DNA of 64,000 nucleotides. Source: Eledone cirrhosa. Its lineage: Eukaryota. Of the stretch, positions 55,301 to 64,000 are shown in pieces; position 1 is the first letter of the stretch, and every line of letters starts with the position of its first letter. The notes beneath the pieces are model-generated. The model did not search any database, had not been told where the DNA came from, and worked only from the letters and a program-made list of their open reading frames with translations. Location: NCBI GenBank assembly GCA_964016885.1, contig OZ024744.1:119970001-120034000 (forward strand). Reading direction: 5' to 3'. Made by a program: the position numbers and the translations under genes.

Positions 55301-57400
55301 ATTCTAACCACATGTCATAGTATCAGAGCGGTGATCTCTCCATTTAGAGATTCTTTCATGAGATATTTTAACCACATATCATAGTATCAGAGCTGTCATC
55401 TCTCAATTCAGAGATTCTTTCCTGAGACATTCTAACCACATGTCATAGTATCAGAGCTGTGATCTCTCAATTTAGAGATTCTTTCATGAAATATTCTAAC
55501 CATATGTCATAATATCAGAACTATGATCTCTCAATTCAGAGATTCTTTCCTGAGACATTCTAACCCCATGTCTGTAGTATCAGAGCTGTGATCTCTCAAT
55601 TCAGAGATTCTTTCCTAATAAATTCTTACCACATGTCATAGTATCAGAGCTGTGATCTCTCAATTCAGAGATTCTTTCCTGAGACATTCTAACCACGTCA
55701 TAGTATCAGAGCTGTGATATCTCAATTCAGAGATTCTTTCCTGAGACATTCTAATCACATGTCATAGTATCAGAGCTGTGATCTCTCAATTTAGATATTC
55801 TTTCCTGAGATATTCTAACCAAATGTCATAGTATCAGATCTGTGATATCTCAATTCAGAGATTCTTTCCTGAGACATTCTTACCACATGTCATAGTATCA
55901 GAGCTGTGATCTCTCAATTTAGATATTCTTTCCTGAGATATTATAACCACATGTCATAGTATCAGAGCTGTGATCTCTCAATTCAGAGATTCTTTCCTGA
56001 GACATTCTAAGCTCGTCATAGTATCAGAGCTGTGATATCTCAATTCAGAGATTCTTTCCTGAGACATTCTAACCTCATGTCATAGTATCAGTGCTGTGAT
56101 CTCTCAATTTAGAGATTCTTTCCTGAGATATTCTAACCACATGTCACAGTATTAGAGCTGTGATCTCTCAATTCAGAGATTCTTCCCTGAGACATTCTAA
56201 CCACATGTCTGTAGTATCAGAGCTGAATGCTCTCAATTCAGAGATTCTTTCCTGAGACATTCTAACTACATGTCATAGTATCGGAGCTGTGATCTCTCAA
56301 TTCAGAGATTCTTTCCTGTGACATTCTAACCACATGTCATAGTATCAGAGCTGTGATCTCTCAATTCAAAGATTCTTTCCTGAGACATTCTAACCACATG
56401 TCATAGTATCAGAGCTGTGATATCTCAATTCAGAGATTCTTTCCTGACACATTCTAACCACATGTCATAGTATCAGAGCTGTGATCTCTCAATTCAGAGA
56501 TTCTTTCCTGAGACATTCTAACCACATGTCTGTAGTATCAGAGCTGTAAGCTCTCAATTCAGAGATTCTTTCCTGAGACATTCTAACCACATGTCATAGT
56601 ATCGGAGCTGTGATCTCTCAATTCAGAGATTCTTTCCTGAGATATTCTAACCACATGTCATAGTATTAGAGCTGTGATCTCTCAATTCAGAGATTCTTTC
56701 CTGAGACATTCTAACCACATGTCTGTAGTATCAGAGCTGTATGCTCTCAATTCAGAGATTCTTTCCTGAGACATTCTAACCACATGTCATAGTATCAGAG
56801 CTGTGATCTCTCAATTTAGAGATTCTTTCATGAAATATTCTAACCATATGTCATAATATCAGAACTATGATCTCTCAATTCAGAGATTCTTTCCTGAGAC
56901 ATTCTAACCCCATGTCTGTAGTATCAGAGCTGTGATCTCTCAATTCAGAGATTCTTTCCTAATAAATTCTTACCACATGTCATAGTATCAGAGCTGTGAT
57001 CTCTCAATTCAGAGATGCTTTCCTGAGACATTCTAACCACATGTCATAGTATCAGAGCTGTGATCTCTCAATTCAGAGATTCTTTCCTGAGACATTCTAA
57101 CGACATGTCATGGTATCCGAGCTGTTAAAACTCAATTCAGAGATTCTTTCCTGAGATATTTTAACCACATATCATAGTAACAGAGCTCTCATCTCTCAAT
57201 TCAGAGATTCTTTCCTGAGACATTCTAACCACATGTCATAGTATCAGAGCGGTGATCTCTCCATTTAGAGATTCTTTCATGAGATATTTTAACCACATAT
57301 CATAGTATCAGAGCTGTCATCTCTCAATTCAGAGATTCTTTCCTGAGACATTCTAACCACATGTCTGTAGTATCAGAGCTGTGATCTCTCAATTCAGAGA
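28300..57400. repeat. Central young higher-order repeat domain: ~6.5-7.3 kb super-units (102-114 monomers) containing a tandemly duplicated 34-monomer (2178 bp) unit
   Basis: Marker tctc-accatttag occurs at 28831, 36131, 42661 and 49705 (spacings 7300, 6530, 7044). Marker gctgtgttctcgc occurs at 31251/33429 and 37781/39959 (2178 apart), at 45018/47131 (2113 apart) and at 52062. Identical 65-aa pseudo-ORFs at 45661 and 52705 are 7044 apart. Boundaries are approximate. Confidence 0.85.
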
Positions 57401-60400
57401 TTCTTTCCTTATACATTCTTACCACATGTCATAGTATCAGAGCTGTGATCTCTCAATTCAGAGATTCTTTCCTGAGACATTCTAACCACGTCATAGTATC
57501 AGAGCTGTGATATCTCAATTCAGAGATTCTTTCCTGAGACGTTCTAATCACATGTCATAGTATCAGAGCTGTGATCTCTCAATTTAGATATTCTTTCCTG
57601 AGATATTCTAACCAAATGTCATAGTATCAGATCTGTGATATCTCAATTCAGAGATTCTTTCCTGAGACATTCTTACCACATGTCATAGTATCAGAACTGT
57701 GATCTCTCAATTTAGATATTCTTTCCTGAGATATTATAACCACATGTCATAGTATCAGAGCTGTGATCTCTCAATTCAGAGATTCTTTCCTGAGACATTC
57801 TAAGCTCGTCATAGTATCAGAGCTGTGATATCTCAATTCAGAGATTCTTTCCTGAGACATTCTAACCACATGTCATAGTATCAGAGCTGTGATCTCTCAA
57901 TTTAGATATTCTTTCCTGAGATATTCTAACCACATGTCATAGTATTAGAGCTGTGATCTCTCAATTCAGAGATTCTTCCCTGAGACATTCTAACCACATG
58001 TCTGTAGTATCAGAGCTGAATGCTCTCAATTCAGAGATTCTTTCCTGAGACATTCTAACCACATGTCATAGAATCGGAGCTGTGATCTCTCAATTCAGAG
58101 ATTCTTTCCTGTGACATTCTAACCACATGTCATAGTATCAGAGCTGTGATCTCTCAATTCAGAGATTCTTTCCTGAGACATTCTAACCACATGTCATAGT
58201 ATCAGAGCTGTGATATCTCAATTCAGAGATTCTTTCCTGACACATTCTAACCACATGTCATAGTATCAGAGCTGAGATCTCTCAATTTAGATATTCTTTC
58301 CTGAGATATTCTAACCACATGTCATAGTATTAGAGCTGTGATCTCTCAATTCAGAGATTCTTTCCTGAGACATTCTAACCACATGTCTGTTGTATCAGAG
58401 CTGTATGCTCTCAATTCAGAGATTCTTTCCTGAGACATTCTAACCACATGTCATAGTATCGGAGCTGTGATTTCTCAATTCAGAGATTCTTTCCTGAGAT
58501 ATTCTAACCACATGTCATAGTATTAGAGTTGTGATCTCTCAATTCAGAGATTCTTTCCTGAGACATTCTAACCACATGTCTGTAGTATCAGAGCTGTATG
58601 CTCTCAATTCAGAAATTCTTTCCTGAGACATTCTAACCACATGTCATAGTATCGGAGCTGTGATCTCTCAATTCAGAGATTCTTTCCTGAGATATTCTAA
58701 CCACATGTCATAGTATCAGAACTGTGATATCTCAATTCAGAGATTCTTTCCTGAGATATTCTAACCACATGTCATAGTTACAGAGCTGTATGCTCTCTAT
58801 TCAGAGATTCTTTCTTGAGACATTCTAACTCAATGTCCACAGTATCAGAGCTGTGATCTCTCAATTTAGAGAATCTTTCAAGAGATATTCTAACCACACG
58901 TCATAGTATCAGAGCTTCTCTCAATTCAGAGATTCTTTCCTGAGACATTCTAACGACATGTAATGGTATTAGATCTGTGATCTCTCAATTTAGAGATTCT
59001 TTCCTGAGACATTCTAACTCCATGTCCACAGTATCAGAGCTGTGGTCTCTCAATTTAGAGATTCTTTCCTGAGATATTCTAACCACATGTCATAGTATTA
59101 GAGATGTGATCTCTCAATTCAGAGATTCTTTCCTGAGACATTCTAACCCCATGTCTGTAGTATCAGAGCTGTATGCTCTCAATTCAGAGATTCTTTCCTG
59201 AGACATTCTAACCACATGTCATAGTATCTGAGCTGTTATCTCTCAATTCAGAGATTCTTTCCTGAGACATTCTAACCACATGGCATAGTATCAGATCTGT
59301 GACATCTCAATTCAGAGATTCTTTCCTGAGATATTCTAACCACATGTCATAGTATCAGAGCTGTGATCTCTCAATTCAGATTTTCTTTCCTGAGACATTC
59401 TAACCACATGTCATAGGATCAGAGTTGTGATCTCTCAATTCAGAGATTCTTTCCTGAGATATTCTAACCACATGTCATAGTATCAGAGCTGTGACCTCTC
59501 AATTCAGAGATTCTTTCCTGAGACATTCTAACCACATGTCTGTAGTATCAGAGCTGTGATCTCTCAATTCAGAGATTCTTTCCTGAGACGTTCTAACCAC
59601 ATGTCTGTAGTATCTGAGCTGTTATCTCTCAATTCAGAGATTCTTTCCTGAGACATTCTAACCACATGGCATAGTATCATCGCTGTGTTATCTCAATTCA
59701 GAGATTCTTTCCTGAGATATTCTAACCACATGTCATAGTATCAGAGCTGTGATCTCTCAATTCAGATATTCTTTCCTGAGACATTCTAACCACATGTCAT
59801 AGGATCAAAGTTGTGATCTCTCAATTCAGAGATTCTTTCCTGAGACATTCTAACCACATGGCATAGTATCATCGCTGTGTTATCTCAATTCAGAGATTCT
59901 TTCCTGAGATATTCTAACTACATGTCATAGTATCAGAGCTGTGATCTCTCAATTCAGAGATTCTTTCCTGAGACATTCTAACCACATGTCATAGTATCAG
60001 TGCTGGGATCTCTCAATTCAGAGATTCTTTCCTAAGATATTCTAACCACATGTCATAGTATCAGAGCTGTGATCTCTCAATTCAGAGATTCTTTCCTGGG
60101 ATATTCTAACCACATGTCATAGTATCAGGGCTGTGATCTCTCAATTCAGAGATTCTTTCCTGAGACATTCTAACCACATGTATCAGAGATATTCTTAATA
60201 GTGATCTCCCAATTCAGATATTCTTTCCTGAGACATTAAAGCCACATGTCATAGGATCAGAGTTGTGATCTCTCAAATCAGAGATTCTTTCCTGGGATAT
60301 AGAATATATCACATGTCATATTATCAGAGCTGTGATCTCTCCATTCAGATATTCTTTCCTGAGACATTCTAACCACATGTCATATTATCAGAGTTGTGAT

Positions 60401-63400
60401 CTCTCAATTCAGTGATTCTTTCCTGAGATATTCTAACCAAATGTCATAGTATCAGAGCTGTGATATCTCAATTCAGAGATTCTTTCCTGAGACATTCTAA
60501 CCACATGTCTGTAGTATCAGAGCTGTATGCTCTCAATTCAGAGATTCTTTCCTGAGACATTCTAACCACATGTCTGTAGTATCAGAGCTGTATGCTCTCA
60601 ATTCAGAGATTCCTTCCTGAGACATTCTAATCACATGTCATAGTATCGGAGCTGTGATCTCTCAATTCAGAGATACTTTCCTGAGATATTCTAACCACAT
60701 GTCATAGTTACAGAGCTGTGATCTCTCAATTCAGAGATTCTTTCTTGAGACATTCTAACTCCATGTCCACGGTATCAGAGCTGTGATCTCTCAATTTAGA
60801 GATTCTTTCCTGAGATATTCTAACTACATGTCATAGTATCAGAGCTGTGATCTCTCAATTTAGAGATTCTTTCAAGAGATATTCGAACCACATGTCATAC
60901 TATCAGAACTGTGATCTCTCAATTCAGAGATTCTTTCCTGAGACATTCTAACGACATGTAATAGTATTAGATCTGTGATCTCTCAATTTAGAGATTCTTT
61001 CCTGAGACATTCTAACTCCATGTCCACAGTATCAGAGCTGTGATCTCTCAATTTAGAGATTCTTTCCTGAGATATTCTAACCACATGTCATAGTATTAAA
61101 GATGTGATCTCTCAATTCAGAGGTTTTTTCCTGAGATATTCTAACCACATGTCATAGTATCAGAGCTGTGATCTCCCAATTCAGAGATTCTTTCCTGGGA
61201 TATTCTAATCACATGTCATAGTATCGGAGCTGTGATCTCTCAATTTAGATATTCTTTCCTGAGATATTCTAACCAAATGTCATAGTATCAGATCTGTGAT
61301 ATCTCAATTCAGAGATTCTTTCCTGAGACATTCTTACCACATGTCATATTATCAGAGCTGTGATCTCTCAATTTAGATATTCTTTCCTGAGATATTATAA
61401 CCACATGTCATAGTATCAGAGCTGTGATCTTTCAATTCAGAGATTCCTTCCTGAGACATTCTAAGCTCGTCATAGTATCAGAGCTGTGATATCTCAATTC
61501 AGAGATTCTTTCCTGAGACATTCTAACAACATGTCATAGTATCAGACCTGTGATCTCTCAATTTAGATATTCTTTCCTGAGATATTCTAACCACATGTCA
61601 TAGTATTAGAGCTGTGATCTCTCAATTCAGAGATTCTTTCCTGAGACATTCTAACCACATGTCTGTAGTATCAGAGCTGAATGCTCTCAATTCAGAGATT
61701 CTTTCCTGAGACATTCTAACCACATGTCATAGTATCGGAGCTGTGATCTCTCAATTCAGAGATTCTTTCCTGAGACATTCTAACCACATGTCATAGTATC
61801 AGAGCTGTGATCTCTCAATTCAGAGATTCTTTCCTGAGACATTCTAACCACATGTCATAGTATCAGAGCTGTGATATCTCAATTCAGAGATTCTTTCCTG
61901 ACACATTCTAACCACATGTCATAGTATCAGAGCTGTGATCTCTCAATTTAGATATTCTTTCCTGAGATATTCTAACCACATGTCATAGTATTAGAGCTGT
62001 GATCTCTCAATTCAGAGATTCTTTCCTGAGACATTCTAACCTCATGTCTGTAGTATCAGAGCTGTATGCTCTCAATTCAGAGATTCTTTCCTGAGACATT
62101 CTAACCACATGTCATAGTATCGGACCTGTGATCTCTCAATTCAGAGATTCTTTCCTGAGATATTCTAACCACATGTCATAGTATCAGAACTGTGATATCT
62201 CAATTCAGAGATTCTTTCCTGAGATATTCTAACCACATGTCATAGTTACAGAGCTGTGATCTCTCTATTCAGAGATTCTTTCTTGAGACATTCTAACTCC
62301 ATGTCCACAGTATCAGAGCTGTGATCTCTCAATTTAGAGATTCTTTCCTGAGATATTCTAACTACATGTCATAGTATCAGAGCTGTGATCTCTCAATTTA
62401 GAGATTCTTTCAAGAGATATTCTAACCACATGTCATAGTATCAGAGCTGTGATCTCTCAATTCAGAGATTCTTTCCTGAGACATTCTAACGACATGTAAT
62501 AGTATTAGATCTGTGATCTCTCAATTTAGAGATTCTTTCCTGAGACTTTCTAAATCCATGGACACAGTATCAGAGCTGTGATCTCTCAATTTAGAGATTC
62601 TTTCCTGAGATATTCTAACCACATGTCATAGTATTAGAGATGTGATCTCTCAATTCAGAGATTCTTTCCTGAGACATTCTAACCCCATGTCTGTAGTATC
62701 AGAGCTGTATGCTCTCAATTCAGAGATTCTTTCCTGAGACATTCTAACCACATGTCATAGTATCAGAGCTGTGATCTCTCAATTCAGAGATTCTTTCCTG
62801 AGACATTCTAACCACATGTCATAGTATCAGAGATATGATATCTCAATTCAGAGATTCTTTCCTGACACATTCTAACCACATGTCATAGTATCAGAGCTGT
62901 GATCTCTCAATTTAGATATTCTTTCCTGAGATATTCTAACCACATGTCATAGTATTAGAGCTGTGATCTCTCAATTCAGAGATTCTTTCCTGAGACATTC
63001 TAACCACATGTCTGTAGTATCAGAGCTGTATGCTCTCAATTCAGAGATTCTTTCCTGAGACATTCTAACCACATGTCTGTAGTATCAGAGCTGTATGCTC
63101 TCAATTCAGAGATTCCTTCCTGAGACATTCTAACCACATGTCATACTATCGGAGCTGTGATCTCTCAATTCAGAGATTCTTTCCTGAGATATTCTAACCA
63201 CATGTCATAGTTACAGAGCTGTGATCTCTCAATTCAGAGATTCTTTCTTGAGACATTCTAACTCCATGTCCACGGTATCAGAGCTGTGATCTCTCAATTT
63301 AGAGATTCTTTCCTGAGATATTCTAACTACATGTCATAGTATCAGAGCTGTGATCTCTCAATTTAGAGATTCTTTCAAGAGATATTCGAACCACATGTCA

Positions 63401-64000
63401 TACTATCAGAGCTGTGATCTCTCAATTCAGAGATTCTTTCCTGAGACATTCTAACGACATGTAATAGTATTAGATCTGTGATCTCTCAATTTAGAGATTC
63501 TTTCCTGAGACATTCTAACTCCATGTCCACAGTATCAGAGCTGTGATCTCTCAATTTAGAGATTCTTTCCTGAGATATTCTAACCACATGTCATAGTATT
63601 AAAGATGTGATCTCTCAATTCAGAGATTTTTTCCTGAGATATTCTAACCACATGTCATAGTATCAGAGCTGTGATCTCCCAATTCAGAGATTCTTTCCTG
63701 GGATATTCTAATCACATGTCATAGTATCAGAGCTGTGATCTCTCAATTTAGATATTCTTTCCTGAGATATTCTAACCAAATGTCATAGTATCAGATCTGT
63801 GATATCTCAATTCAGAGATTCTTTCCTGAGACATTCTTACCACATGTCATATTATCAGAGCTGTGATCTCTCAATTTAGATATTCTTTCCTGAGATATTA
63901 TAACCACATGTCATAGTATCAGAGCTGTGATCTCTCAATTCAGAGATTCTTTCCTGAGACATTCTAAGCTCGTCATAGTATTAGAGCTGTGATATCTCAA
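57400..64000. repeat. Right array domain: more private variants, with a 2503-bp (39-monomer) offset duplication
   Basis: Central-domain markers (gttaaaact, gagcggtg) disappear. The variants ccacggtatc (60771/63274), attcgaacca (60881/63384) and tagtattaaa (61091/63594) all recur at offset 2503. Confidence 0.75.

Larger units (their letters stand above)
1..64000. repeat. Tandem satellite array, 64-bp monomer, ~1,000 copies, single orientation, continuing beyond both window ends
   Basis: The unit at 1-64 (tctctcaattcagagattctttcctgagacattctaaccacatgtcatagtatcagagctgtga) recurs on every line with few substitutions. Length variants of 60-68 bp occur: tctgtag and ctccatgtccacag are 65 bp, taagctcgtc and ccacgtc 62 bp, tctaccac 63 bp, and gatatagaatatatcac 67 bp. 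No unique sequence was seen. Confidence 0.99.

Noticed and set aside
1-64000. CRISPR array (period of ~64 bp with a palindromic segment resembles repeat plus spacer)
   Set aside because: There are no unique spacers, since the entire unit is conserved. No leader or cas genes are present.
1-64000. Alpha, beta (68-bp) or HSat2/3 satellite; CENP-B box; telomeric repeat; G-quadruplex
   Set aside because: Unit length and sequence do not match. There are no CATTC/GGAAT runs, no CENP-B box motif, no TTAGGG and no G-tracts.

Overview
The whole 64-kb window is one uninterrupted, head-to-tail, single-orientation tandem satellite array of about 1,000 copies of a 64-bp monomer. The consensus is TCTCTCAATTCAGAGATTCTTTCCTGAGA[C/T]ATTCTAACCACATGTCATAGTATCAGAGCTGTGA (about 39% GC, no CpG). 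I see no genes, RNA genes, transposon insertions or CRISPR spacers, and all listed ORFs are by-products of the repeat. It looks like eukaryotic heterochromatic satellite. From memory, the 64-nt unit matches the human acrocentric satellite WaluSat, but I cannot verify that by sequence. The information lies in the variant monomers, which define three domains. The left domain (1-28 kb) has a ~30-monomer (~1.93 kb) periodicity and longer-range duplications. The central domain (~28.3-57.4 kb) is a young, homogeneous nested higher-order repeat, with a 34-mer inside ~6.5-7.3 kb super-units. The right domain is more diverged. The monomer carries two abutting imperfect dyads and an 11/12 match to the plant tRNA-iMet primer-binding site, and some variants appear to arise by template switching. 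I found no evidence for a novel protein-coding system. Coordinates and spacings were counted by hand and may be off by a few bases.
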